A stretch of DNA of 64,000 nt from Epiperipatus broadwayi. Taxonomy: Eukaryota; Animalia; Onychophora. The notes under the pieces are model-generated. The model was not told where the DNA came from. It worked only from the letters and a program-made list of their open reading frames with translations, and did no database searches. The position numbers and the translations under genes are program-made. The DNA lies in the NCBI GenBank assembly GCA_028023455.1, contig JAQFVV010000006.1, positions 18,786,001 through 18,850,000 on the forward strand. The letters run 5' to 3'. The stretch's first letter is position 1. Every line of letters begins with the position of its first letter. This document shows, in pieces, positions 12,943 through 25,571 of this stretch.

Positions 12943-14007
12943 ACCGTGTAAGATGATTGCATACATGGAAGCTCCAGTTGATAGAGAACATTATCAAATT
13001 GATTTCATATTGATTCAGGATAGATACAAAAATGCCATTAAGGATTCACATGCTTTGCCTGGTACTGATATAAACTCAGATCATAATTTGGTTATGGCTA
13101 AATTAAAGTTGAGTTTAAAAAGAATTAAAAGAATAAAAAGATATGTAAGATAGGACTTGGATAAATTGAGAGAAATTAAAAATTGGTTTAATATGTGAAA
13201 ATGAAATAAAAAGGATTATTAAAGATAAGGAATATATTAATAGTCCTGATAAGTGTTGGTGTAGAATTAAAGGATTCTTAAAAACAGCAAAAAAAATGAA
13301 ATAGGTATTATTCAGATAAGGAACGCTAAACGACCTTGAATAATGGAAGGTATGTTGGAAAAGATGGAAGTAAGGAGAAGTTGGAAGAATGTAAATACTG
13401 AAGAAGGGGAAAGTGCTATAGAAAAAGTTAATCATGAGCTAAGAAGAGAAACATTTAGTAAAAGAAGAATGGAGCAAGAACATAGAGAGATAGAAATGTT
13501 TCAGCAAGTCAAAAGATATCTGGTATTTGATAAAATAATTGTCAATTGGGAGAAAAAGACATTGATAGCAAGTGAGATTGCTAAGAATGGAAAGAGATTA
13601 ACTGATAGCAATGAAGTTATGGACATATTGCCAGATGAAGTAATAAAGTTAATTGCACCAATGAAGAATGGTAAAGCTGTTAGATTTGATACAATACCTA
13701 CGGAATGTTTGAAAGAAATGGAGAATTTACTATGAAGGAAACAGTTGGACTTTGCAATTTGATATATAATAGTGGGGTTTGGTCTGAAGATTTTTTAAGA
13801 ACTATAATGATTTCAATTGCTAAAAAGAAGAAAGCTATTAAATGTGAAGAGTACAGAACAATAAATTTGTTATTTAATGTTATTCAAGTTTTATTGATGA
13901 TTTTAACTCTAGGAATTTATGGGAAGATAGAGTATTATATTGGAGGAAAACAATTTGGTTTTCAGAGAGGGAAGAGTACAAGAGATGCTATTGGTGTTGT
14001 TAGAACA

Positions 14008-14039
<32 letters not shown>

Positions 14040-15110
14040 TTGAAAAAGATAAAGGAATTAGTATATGTTTTGTAGATTTGGAAAAAGCATTTGATAGAGT
14101 AATCTGGAATAAACTTATGATCATCTTAAAAAATAAATGAATATTTTGGAAAGAGAGAATATTGATTTGGAATATATATATTGGGCAAAGGATAGAAATT
14201 AGACTGGAGATTTAAGAGACTAATTACATGAATATAGAAAGAAGAGTTAGGCAATGTTGCTGTATGTCACCTGTTCTTTTTAATATTTATTTAGAAGGCA
14301 TGTTAAATAATTATTTAGACTTTGGAAGTAGAATAATAAAATGTATAAGATTTGCACATTAATATGGCTCTTATAACTGAGGATGTAGATTTCTTCAGAA
14401 TATGTTGAATAAATTGGAAGAAAGATGTATGGAATGAAGATTAATGTTGAGATTACTAAGTATTTATGGATAGGGAGAAATGCAAAAAGGCTGCAAAGTG
14501 AAATCCATGATAACATAGTTCAACAGGTAAAAAATTTAGATATTTGGGTAGTTGGTTTGAGTGAGGATGGAAAAAGTGAAGATGAAGTTAAAAGAAGAAT
14601 AGCATTGGCAAAGGAGGCATTTATTAAGAGAAAGAAAATATTTTGTGGATCTTTGAAGAGGGAATTAAGAAAAAGATTAATTAAATGCAATGTGTGGAGT
14701 GCACTAATGTATGGTGGTGAAACATGGACAATGAGCAATAAAATTGTGAATAAATTGGAAGCCTTTGAGATCTGGTTAGTGAAGAAGAATGGAAAAAATC
14801 AGTTGGATGAATAAAATAACAAATAAAGAAGTTTTGAAAAGACAAAATGAAAAAAGAAGATTGATTAAGGAAATCAGAGACACAAAAAGAAACTGGATTG
14901 GACATATTTTTTTTTAAAAAAATAGTTTAATGAAAGATATTTTGGAGGGAATGGTGAGTGGAAGTAAGAATAAAGGATGGAAGAAATTGACATTGTGGAA
15001 TGATGTAAGAGGTGGGAAGAGTTACATAGAATTGAAGAGCTGGACAATGAAGAGAATGGTAAATTGTGACTACTCTTTGGATCTGTCCATTTGACCAGAT
15101 CGGCATAGGA
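12943..15110 (+). mobile_element. 5'-truncated RTE-clade LINE (APE C-terminus, RT, 3' end)
   Basis: YQIDFILIQDRYKNAIKDSHALPGTDINSDHNLVMAK; KKKAIKCEEYRTINL; QFGFQRGKSTRDAIG; CFVDLEKAFDRV; RQCCCMSPVLFNIYLE; RIALAKEAF; ALMYGGETWT; WIGH. Broken by stops and frameshifts. Confidence 0.9.
14013..14038. repeat. (AG)13 microsatellite inside the RTE RT region
   Basis: Visible AG run at the IAER codons. Confidence 0.95.
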
Positions 15111-15603
15111 TTTTTTTTTTCAGTTCCTAATCAGTTCAATGAGCTAATCAATAGTGGGCAATGTTTCCTAGAAAGTAAAAATGATTATAATATGACTAAG
15201 TTAATTTTACTTTTAATAAATTAGTCTCATGCTTTTATTTCCAAAGACTGTCTATAATTTTATTTTTAAAAAGATTTTAAATAAGATACTTGTATGTGAC
15301 ATGAATTCTATGCTTTATTTTTGGAGAAAAGATAATCTCTTTGAATTCTTGTAATCATCTAATTCCTACTTAAGTAAGCGTAAAGTTGTTAAGTTTGCTA
15401 TATTTTTATATTTGTTTACAGTTTATATTTAATTAACTGGAAAGCTTAACTAAAAATTTATTTTCATAAATGTTATTTTTAATTATTTATTTACGCATTA
15501 TGTTTAACTCTTATTAAAATATGTGTATGTGTACATAAATTTACTTTTTTTTTCTTATGTTAGAAATTGCAATATTTATATATAGCATATATATATGTTT
15601 TAG

Positions 15604-15734
15604 GTGATTCAATTTATCGACCCAAATACGAAAGAATCGTGCGTGAATTAGATTTTACCAAAAAGAAAATGCAGCAGCAAATGGAAGATGAATTGGAGCA
15701 ACAAGAAGCTGGCAGGAAGCAGTTGGAACGCAAG
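15604..15734 (+). CDS. Myo18A: Unconventional myosin-XVIII coiled-coil tail exon (first in window)
   Basis: TTTTAG|GT GAT...CGC AAG|GTAGAA, 131 nt, phase 1 to 0. Encodes (G)DSIYRPKYERIVRELDFTKKKMQQQMEDELEQQEAGRKQLERK, matching my recollection of human MYO18A ..[32 protein letters not shown]. Confidence 0.9.
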
Positions 15735-17757
15735 GTAGAATGAAGAAAACTTAGAATTAGAATGACTGTTTGGATTATATTTTACTAATATGTACTCAGT
15801 ATGTGTAATAATATATTAATCATTTGATTCTCTTCTGAGAGAAGAGATCTCAATTTAAGTGATATTCCAGGCAAATGTCAATCTATTTAATTAAAAAAAG
15901 ATCAACAACAAAAGTATGATTGGAATGTAAAATAACCTTTCCAAGGAGGAAAAGCTGTCGTGTCTATTGATTCTGAGTACTTGATTTATCTTTTTTTTTT
16001 TTTTTACTGTTTCACAAAATTGTATTTGAAGCAAAGCTTTGTTTTATTTTTTTCATCTTTCTAATATTTATTGTAGTAAATATATGCAGTGAAGCCGTGA
16101 ATTATGTGTTATCAATATACATTGCTTCAATTGAACACTATCAAAACAAAAATGTTAAAATTAATACATTTTATGATATGCCAGCAGCTATTTTTTCATG
16201 TCAGAGTGCCATGTGTGATCATTTTTTTAAAAAAAAATTAAAACTCTAAATTTAATAAATTTTACAAAATGGCAACAGCCCTTTATTATCTTGAATTTCT
16301 TGCACAATCATGTTTATTAAAAAAAATTCTTCAATTTATGATGACAGTATATACATTTTATTATTTTTTCCGAATTTGATGTACAAAATATTTTTTAATA
16401 AAATATTTTGTAATAAAATATTTTTTAATTATAATTCTAAAAATTTTACGAAATTTAAGATCATTTGTAAAGTTGAAATAGACTTCAAAACATCAAAATA
16501 ACTATAGTGAATGCTAAAAACAAGACCGATGACATTTTAATGAGGAATAAAAGTTATTGAAAAAAAAACATTGTTCAGAATTTTTTTAATTGTGAAGAAA
16601 GTTTGATATTTTGCTATTCATTTTATTTAAAAATATAAATTAAGATTTTTATTTTTTTATGTATCACACAGTAAAATATATGAAAATGTACCCCTTAATT
16701 TATTATTAATCACTACAGGATTATTATTATGTTGTTTGTATTATAATTTTAATTTATATGTGCATGTTGAAAAGTACTGTATGCTTGCAGTTATATATTC
16801 TATTGGAATTAAAATTTATCAACAAAATATGAGTTATTATATATGGCAGGGAGGAGAAGGTCTTGGAAAAAAATATAGTGGATATCACATTTTCCCCTGT
16901 ATTCAGAGAAAGATGCAAATACAATTGGAAATTAGTTTGTAATTAAAATTTGAAGTTACTGACTACTTATATAGTTGTAGTATATAAAAATAGACACTCA
17001 CTTAATGGCAATTTGTAGTAAAATATATACTGTTGCTGTTTTGGTGAATTTTTGACAATAAGCACTCAACATTGAGATCAAAAATCTTTTTTTTTAAAGC
17101 ATCATTCTAATTAGTTTGCTTTATACCTACAGCATTAACGCCTTTCTAAACACTACAAAATTATTCTTCATTGTAGCAAGTTTATATTTCATAATTTTTT
17201 TTTTTTAAATGATGAAAATATGTTGTATTCTCCATCATCCATGCAATAAAAATGTATTTATTTCTAAATATCTTTTAATCAAATTAGATTAATACACTCG
17301 ATTTTAATTTTATATGGCTACTATTTATAATTGAAAGCATTAACACCCTTTCTATTTAGCTAGTAATTAGATTGATTCTTTTAAATGTTATCTTAATTCA
17401 GAATTCCTGAAAAATAAATAAAAAAACATAGATATTTTGAAAGAAAGTAATATGTATGATATATACTTAATGTTAAACAGTATTTATTTTGCCTTAGTAT
17501 CACTGATTTATATACTTTTAGTCTTTTTGGTGCTTTACAAATTCATGTGTGAAAATGTGACTATAAATTTACATAGTAGCAAAATTATTTTCCCAAATTC
17601 ACTGTCACTATGTGCACGTGGTCAGTATATATATTTACAGTATACCATAATATAAGATAGTCTATTACATCATTTATAAAATATATAGTGTAATTTAATG
17701 AAAAATTATAAAAGCCCTTTATCATTTTTCACTTATGGTTGAATTTGCAATGTTTAA

Positions 17758-17990
17758 ATGTTCATCATTTTCAAATATTGTCCTTTAGGATGAACATCTT
17801 CTGATCCACAGATTCTCTTCTCTACATCACTTTATCCATACGATGTTTTTCTAGGTCTTTTGTAATCTCTTAAAATCACTTTAATATTTCAGTTGTTTAT
17901 TTATCATCATTTCTTTTTGCAATATATCTAACATATCTCTACTTTAGCATAATTTTTTCCTGTCATGTCATTGATATCTGATTATTCTCT
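17758..17990 (-). mobile_element. Decayed RTE LINE 3' fragment
   Basis: Starts with a CATCAT tail complement and is similar to the RTE 3' ends at 20088 and 43472. Confidence 0.5.
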
Positions 17991-18149
17991 CACTCTAAAT
18001 TTAAAAAAAGCTTGATAATTAATATCAAAATTTTATTACCCAATATATTTGTCAATAATAAATGTGTGCATATGTGAAAAGATATCTTTTCATTCAGATT
18101 TACGTCTTATTAAATAACATTATTCATGATATATATATATATAAAAATG

Positions 18150-19370
18150 AGATAGGAACATGTCCCTAAATAGTATGTTAAGTTTATTTAAATATTGTTA
18201 TATTCAGTTTAACAAAGAATGATAATAAAGGCAAGAACAAAAACTTAATAAGTAAATACAAGTTATTAATTCAGAAATTCCTATCAATGCTTAAGGCAAT
18301 GAATGCAAGATTGCCAGTGAACTCATTACAGGATGAGATTGAGCCTACTGACATGCCACTGCCCATATGAAGTAAGTAGGCCATGGAGCTGCTAGCATAT
18401 GCCAACAAATTCTTCAAAGTTACGGCATCAATTATTAACAATACTAACCCTTACTAGCAGGTTTACAAATACATGCATGCAAACATTACTGAGTTTGATT
18501 TATCTACCAGATTACTAATCAGGAAATTAAATTTTTGCTACTTAGAAGCCAAACATATTGATTTTATTATAAAACTTAATTTGAAAGCCTTGCCAACGAA
18601 TTATTTTTTGGTAAATTATAGAAATTTCTCTAAAATAGAGCCACTATGTAGCTTATGTAAAATAGCGGATGAAACTATTGGACATATTTTTACTGCTTGC
18701 CCATTTTTGAGTCATGCTAAATAAAATATTATAACAAGAGTAATGCCGGCTAACATGAAAATTCTAAGAATCAAGGATGCTATAACGAGTGGTGCTTTTG
18801 CTGCGATTAGAATGGGACTGTTCCTGCTTTATGCCATATGGTTAACTAGAAATTATTTATTTTTAAGCAAGGAAGTAAGGAACCATGGGAGATAGGTAAA
18901 AAATTTATTCGAAGGACTATGTTCAGGAATCGCTTATTAATGCCGTAAAAGTTCTTTGGGGACACTTGGGGGCAATTTAGGCCACTGGATGAAGAGCCTA
19001 TCCTCAGGCATGCTAATTAATTAAATATTAATTCAAGATTAAAAAATAAATGGTCCAGTCAGAAAGGATTGCTGCCAATCAAAATATGGTCTGCATAACG
19101 ATCACTGGCTAAGTCACTAAATGAAGAGCCAGTTCTGATATAAAACTAGTTACATAATAATTACAGACTAAGTTTGAACGATGAGCTTCTTGCTCTGATC
19201 ATGAAATTAATTAGTCATAATAATAACTAATGTATCAAAAGAGTATATTTTCTAATTTGGAAAATTATTTATTAATGATAGTTATAATAAGTGTAACAAA
19301 TTTAAACAAATGTATACCAACAAGATTTATATTGTAATTGTACGTGTTTTCCTTAATAAAATAAAAAAAC
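18150..19370 (+). mobile_element. 5'-truncated L1/Tx1-like LINE 3' end (zf-RVT CCHC)
   Basis: ORF 18473-18724 contains CSLCKIADETIGHIFTACPFL, followed by AIWLTRNYLF (IWxxRN motif). Ends AATAAAATAAAAAAA at ~19355-19368. Confidence 0.65.
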
Positions 19371-20087
19371 CTATTGCTAAAATATCAATATGAAAAAACA
19401 TGTTTTGCGTAGTTAAAATAGTTGTCAAAAAAAAAAAGTCCATGACAATAAATAAATATTTAAATTCATCAGTGTTTAGATAAGCAGTACCTTGTTAAAA
19501 TTTATCTTAATTCCAACACTCGTTTGAAAGATAAAAATTACCATATGATAATTTTCTCACTATTTTTTTTTCCTTTTTTAAGTTTTGAGAAAATAGATGT
19601 TTTTATTTTTTTATGTCATTAGTCATTTCCAAATTGATAAAGATAAGGCATTTTTTAAACATAATAAATAATATCGGCAGTAGAGTTTTTGTTTACAAAA
19701 CTTCCACCTACATTTTTTAGAAAAGAAAGTGGGGGATGGAGCTAATTGATAGAGGTTGGTTGTTTTTTCTTCTTAAGCTGTACTAACATACGTGTTTAAT
19801 ACACTGAATGTATTTGAAATGTATACAATAGATATTAAAATTTATAATTATTTTCCACATTGTTTTTTTTTTAGTATTTCTGAGAGATGGGGCTAATCTG
19901 GAAGTGTTTTTTATAAGTACTGTAATAGGAGTTTTAAAACTAAGAACGTTAGGAGAAGATATATTGAGGAATTATTTCTACATTTTCTTAATTTGCAGAA
20001 ATTACCTTTTTAGACCCATAATAAAAAGATTAAACTTAGGATCTCAATTATTCAAAAAAAAGGAGGGGGGCATGACTGATATTATTG

Positions 20088-20425
20088 GTCATCATCATTT
20101 TCAACCATTATTGATCTACTGCAGGATGAAGGTCTTTCCAAGTTCAATCCATTTTCTCCAATCTTTAGCCTTTCTTTTCCATATGACTCCTGCACACTTC
20201 CTTATTTTATCCATCCATCTCATATGTCTTTTTCTAAGTATTTTATAATCTCTTGGAATTTAGTTCAAGATTCCAAATGTCCATCTATTATCATCTCTTC
20301 TTGCTATATGTCCATCTCAAGTCTCTTAATTCTTTCAATGATATCAATAATATATGCTCATTCTCTCACCCATATATTTCATTTTTGATCTCTTTTTGTT
20401 ACTCCTAACAAGCATCTTTCCATAG
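20088..20425 (-). mobile_element. RTE LINE 3' fragment, same family as 43472-44667
   Basis: CATCATCATTTTCAACCATTATTGATCTACTGCAGGATG...TCCAAGTTCAATCCAT closely matches 43474 onward. Confidence 0.8.
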
Positions 20426-22028
20426 TATTGGTAAAATATCATTAATTCAAAATCTCTGATTTATTGGATTTGTGATTTTTTTTTGGATTAGAGTATCTTT
20501 TTATTGAAAACTGAAACTACAACTCATTGACATTAGACTTCCTTTTTTTTCCTTTAATTTTGTTAGTAAACGTTATACAAATTAATTAATTTATTGTAAA
20601 AGATCACTTTTGTAATTTTGTTTAGTTAATAGAAGTTTTTTAACAAAATATATTCATATTAATGATGAATTAAAACAGTTAATGAGATTAATATTTAAAA
20701 ATTACCTCAATCAAATAAAGAGCTTTTAGGAGTAATAATTTTTTTTTTATAAACGAAATATGTCTGTGCCTAAAAAGAAAGATTTTTAATAACTATGTTT
20801 TATCACTGTCTTATTTATGGATCTGTTACTTGGACCTTTTTTAAAAAAACATTAACAGCAAATCACACCATTAATTATAGAGTTTATATTGGAATTAATG
20901 AAGTTCGAAAGCAAAATATATGCACAACAAACTGGTATTAATGATATTATTACGAGACTCCATTAGTGTTTTTAAAAGAAATGACAATAGATGAAGAACT
21001 AAAGTCCTAAAATGAATTGTAATTGATCTAGAAAGAGATTATATGTAGGATAAATAAATAAGGGAGTTTATTGGGATATAGATTGAAAAACTGAAATTTT
21101 GAAAGAATTTTGTCCTGTAATGGTGATTTTCTGTTTATGTTAATGGTTATTTATTGCTTGATTACCTAACCTCACGTTCATTCTTTATTTTGATTATCTA
21201 ACTCTGTATTCATTTTTTGTATTACCATCAGTACATTATTTATATAGTATTTTGTATATTTAAAAACTAGATTGTGCTTTATTATTTTATCAAATAGAGA
21301 GGTCTGGTTTAGAGGAATGTCGACATCCAGAGAAATTAATAAAAGAAGATTATTAGTAGGCGGATGTGCTTTCAAAAATATCATTGCCCGAGATCATTTT
21401 ACAAGTGTAGACTATTTTCTACAATGAATTATTATTTATATATAGCATTCCATGAATTACCTTTATAACTTTGATACAAAATGAAAATTAAATTGCAAAT
21501 AGACATATTGGGCAGGCTTAATCTTAAAAGAAATTTCCAACTGTAGATGCTTTATCTAATTGTTTTTTTTTTTTCTCAGTTATTTGCAATTCCATAGAAG
21601 ACATTACATTTCCTGAAATATTCATTAAGGATCATATGGATATCATTATTGGCCATCATAGATGCATTGAAATAAAAAATTGTAGTCACAAAAATTAGCA
21701 ATATAATTTTGTGTGTATATATATACCATAAATTGGAATATTATTTGAATATTTTATGTTTTACAATACATTGACTGCATGTACATTTTTATCTAACAAA
21801 TAAAAATTTTGAAATTTGTTGAGTAAGAATTTATTCAAGTTGTTATATTTAAATCTTAAGTAAATTTGTTAATTATAATCAAAATTACAAATTAATTAGT
21901 TCAAATACCACATTTATAATTGTGAAAAGCAATAATATATATTTATATAATTTATTATGTTTATAAAATATATGCATTATTTATTTGTGGGTGATTTTTG
22001 CATGTCTTATTTTTATTATTCTTATTAG

Positions 22029-22183
22029 TTAACTGAAATTTTGGAAGAAGCAGATGAACAGCGCCATCTAGCCTCCAACTGGAAAAAGAAGGCTCAAAAA
22101 TCACAATCAGAAATGCAGGATATTCGACTGTTATTAGAAGAACAGACGGGCAGAAATGCAGATTTAGAAAAACGCCAAAGAAA
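22029..22183 (+). CDS. Myo18A: Myosin-XVIII exon (second in window)
   Basis: TTAG|TTA ACT...AGA AA|GTAAG, 155 nt, phase 0 to 2. Encodes LTEILEEADEQRHLASNWKKKAQKSQSEMQDIRLLLEEQTGRNADLEKRQR(K), cf. human ..[34 protein letters not shown]. Confidence 0.9.
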
Positions 22184-22559
22184 GTAAGATTTTTTTTTTT
22201 TGTTTTGCTACAGTTTTTTTTCCCCCAGTTGTTGTTTAAGAAGTTTGGACTATGATTAGCTTACCATTCAATTCACATGACATAAACAACATTTATCTTT
22301 ACTATATTTGTCTCACAATTTAATTCACTGTAAACTATAGTTTAAATTTAAATCTTGAAAAATTGATTATAAATTTTACTTTACTGAAGTAATAATGTGC
22401 ACATTTACTGACATTTGAAAAGGGGAAAAAAAAGAATAAGAGTAGAATATTAATTGCATAATGTCAAGAATTTATAATTTGACAAGTGATAGAAGAAATC
22501 ATAGATTAACTTGTTTGATGTTTTGGAAGCAAAAGGTCACGTGATGTTCTGACATCATA

Positions 22560-23470
22560 ATGATAGGTTGTTGCAACGGTTCCATTCAACTTTATTTCAT
22601 TTCTTTATAATATGTTTTATAGTCCAGCATTAATTTTGTTTTAACATTCCTATCTTTATTGCAGTAGGTAGCAGCTAAATGTCCTATTGTTTTACAAATA
22701 TTGCATTTTTCATTTCTAAATCTGCAATTTCTCTTTAAGTGGACATGTTTTTCTGAGCAATTTGTCAAAACATTTTTTGCACTCTTGCACTTCAGATCAG
22801 TATCTGTTTTCTTTACTCCTGCTAGGTATTTATCCATTTGCTTAGAGAGTATAAATTCCAAAGCATTATTTATTGTGCAACACATTACTCTATTGTGTGA
22901 TTATAATTAAGGTTTGGTTCACTTAATAATTATTGTCTGTCATTCCATATAATACTTGTTCCAAAAACTATCAGTTAGCTCTAGGTCATAATCACAATCC
23001 TTTGCTAATGTCCTTAGTGCTATGTCATAGTTCTGATATTGTTCACAAGATAGTTGTGGTTTATTCCTCAACCTTAATCACACAATCCATTTAGTTAATG
23101 AGATGTGAAAACAACATTTAGTTTTTTCTTCATTTCCTGATACAAACCTTCTTCAGATGTCATGGGTCGCAGAGTTGATTTGCTAATTTTAATATATATT
23201 TTTCCACAAACCACAAGTGTAGATACTTACTTTAATATCCTCAATTTTATTTATGAGCATATATCTTTCAACATGATCCACATAATCCTTTTATGATGCA
23301 ATGTTATCCATATCAAATTCACAAATGTTATTGGTTAGTGATTCCATTTCGGTCATTCCCATGGAAATTTATATTAACTCTATTTTGCTATGTTTCACAA
23401 TACTTTTCACGAGCTATGAACTGCACTATTTTGCTATCTTCTGCGGGTATTAATGTCAGTCAAGAAAGCA
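22560..23470 (-). mobile_element. Mag-type Gypsy gag fragment, copy 1
   Basis: Double knuckle NCSEKHVHLKRNCRFRNEKCNICKTIGHLAATYC (ORF 22592-22885). Gag N-terminus DYVDHVERYMLINKIED...LCDP...LAKDCDYDLEL. Confidence 0.8.
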
Positions 23471-24187
23471 CCTGGAACTTTTAAATAAATTTAAGGGCAA
23501 CTTTATTGTAACAAAATAATTTTTTTTAATATGAATAACAAAATAAGAAAAAAATAAACAGTAGAATAGGATTAGAAATTTCATTAAAAATTTCTATAAT
23601 ATATTGACCCTTTCAAAACCAGGCGGCCATTGTTAATTTTTAGAAAAATTTACCCTAACTCTAATAACTTAGATATTTTGTGTTTGAATGTAATAAATAT
23701 AAAAAAACATGCATTAAAAGAAATGTCATATATGAAAGAATGTAATGAAGCTGTTAAAATAATCATTTCATAAAGAAAAAGTTAAGAAAAAGAATATTTT
23801 TAATAGTTTTAAGAATGTTTATTTTTACACTGATTCACAAATCCTAAATTTTGAAATTCAAATGATAAAATGACAATTTCATAAATAGCTTCATCACATC
23901 CGTCACAAAATTAAAAAAAAAAGATGTATTGGAAGTCTTACCTGAGGTAATTTTTTACTGAGAAAATTACTAAAACAGTGGCCTTGCTGTGGTCCATTTT
24001 TATTCTACAGCCAGATGTGTCCATTTGTTCAAAAGTACCTATAACAATATGAATGGTTTTTAGTGGAGAAAAAAGTAACAGAACAGTGTATTCAAAAATA
24101 AATAAATAAACTCATAAAAAATAAAATGAATAAAAATAAATCAATAAAGATAATTTTTTATTATTATTAACAATGATTACATGTGTG

Positions 24188-24587
24188 GAAGAAAGGCTGA
24201 GTTCAAATACATGGCACTATAACACAGAGTGGATGGATTGATGAAGCCAGAAACTGTGTATAAAATATCCTATATTACATGAAATTCCAGTTGTGTAGCA
24301 TAAACTTGTATATAAATATATTTATTATTTTGCATAAAAGATATGAAGAAAGGCTGAGTTCAAATACATGGCACTATAACACAGAGTGGATGGATTGATG
24401 AAGCCAGAAAGTGTGTATAAAATATCCTATATTACATGAAATTCCAGTTGTGTAGCATGAACTTGTATATAAATATATTTATTATTTTGCATAAAAGATA
24501 TGAAGAAAGGCCGAGTTCAAATACATGGCACTGTAACAATAAGTGGATGGATTGAGGAAGCCAGAAAATCTATACAATATCCTATAT
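24188..24587. repeat. 157-bp tandem repeat, ~2.6 units
   Basis: GAAGAAAGG(C)TGAGTTCAAATACATGGCAC starts at 24188, 24345 and 24502. Confidence 0.95.
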
Positions 24588-24769
24588 TGCTTGCCTAAAA
24601 TTGACACAAATCAATTGCGGGTCATAACTTTAGCAAGTCCGGACTGATGCAATAATTCGTCCATAAATTCAAACTTGGTCACACGTGATACACTATTCAT
24701 ATTTATAATCATGCCAAAAAATGCATCAGCTCAAGCGGTCAGATCACCCCAATCCCCAACTTTTTTCCA

Positions 24770-25100
24770 TTCTACAGCATATTTATTTGAAAATATTATA
24801 ATTTATTATTCTATAGCATATTTATTTGTTTCAGTACATCAAAAATATTATAATTTATTATTCTGTAGCATATTTATTTGTTTCAGTACATAGAAAATAT
24901 TATAATTTATAAGAAAAAATATATAAAAAAAAGTAATTACATACCCTTGAATGTTATCCAAAAATGTTTATTTGTTTCAGTACATCGAAAATATTATAAT
25001 TTATTATTCTATAACATATTTATTTATTTCAGTATATAGAAAATATTATAATTTATATATATATAAAAGTAATTACATACCCTTGAATGTTATCCAAAAA
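24770..25100. repeat. Compound ~50-bp tandem repeat with a higher-order duplication
   Basis: Recurring GCATATTTATTTGTTTCAGTACAT.GAAAATATTATAATTTATTATTC, and a duplicated AAAAGTAATTACATACCCTTGAATGTTATCCAAAAA. Confidence 0.9.
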
Positions 25101-25571
25101 CGTAATTTGAGAAGAGGGCCCAGAATCGCGGACAACTTCAACGGAAAATCAGAATAAAATCTTCAGTAATTGATCCAGTCATTGTGGAATAACTTTTTTA
25201 TGATATATAAACTGATAAAAATAAAAAATAAAAATTTTTTTTAGGTACCCTTCGCTAAAAATATTCATAAAAATCTAAAAATTGTCGTACAGAAAAAATT
25301 CTTACATTTCCATGTAGAAAACAAAATGGCGCAAAGAATGATGTAAGGCCCGTATGTGTGACGTTTACCGTTTATGCGTAAACTCAACTCAAAATCGAAA
25401 TTTCTAGAAAGTCGTACAAAAGTCGTACTGGGGGTCAAAGGGTTTTAAGCTTCTGCATGTATGTGTTAGTTTCTACTCATGCGCAGTAGATAAATATAAT
25501 CTATTGCAGTGTGTCTTAATTGAAAGTTTTTCATACATCCATTTCGGTGTAATTGCAATATATATATATAT

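Larger units (their letters stand above)
23608..25442. mobile_element. Non-autonomous piggyBac-like element
   Basis: Termini CCCTTTCAAAACCAG and CTGGGGGTCAAAGGG (11/15 inverted match). It sits at the position where the sister LTR reads ATTAATAAGCTTC, consistent with a degenerate TTAA target (TTGA left, TTTTAA right). Confidence 0.6.

Noticed and set aside
24236-24275. TTGATGA-AGCCA-GAAA motif in the 157-bp repeat
   Set aside because: No stem II or stem I pairing, and not conserved in all three units.
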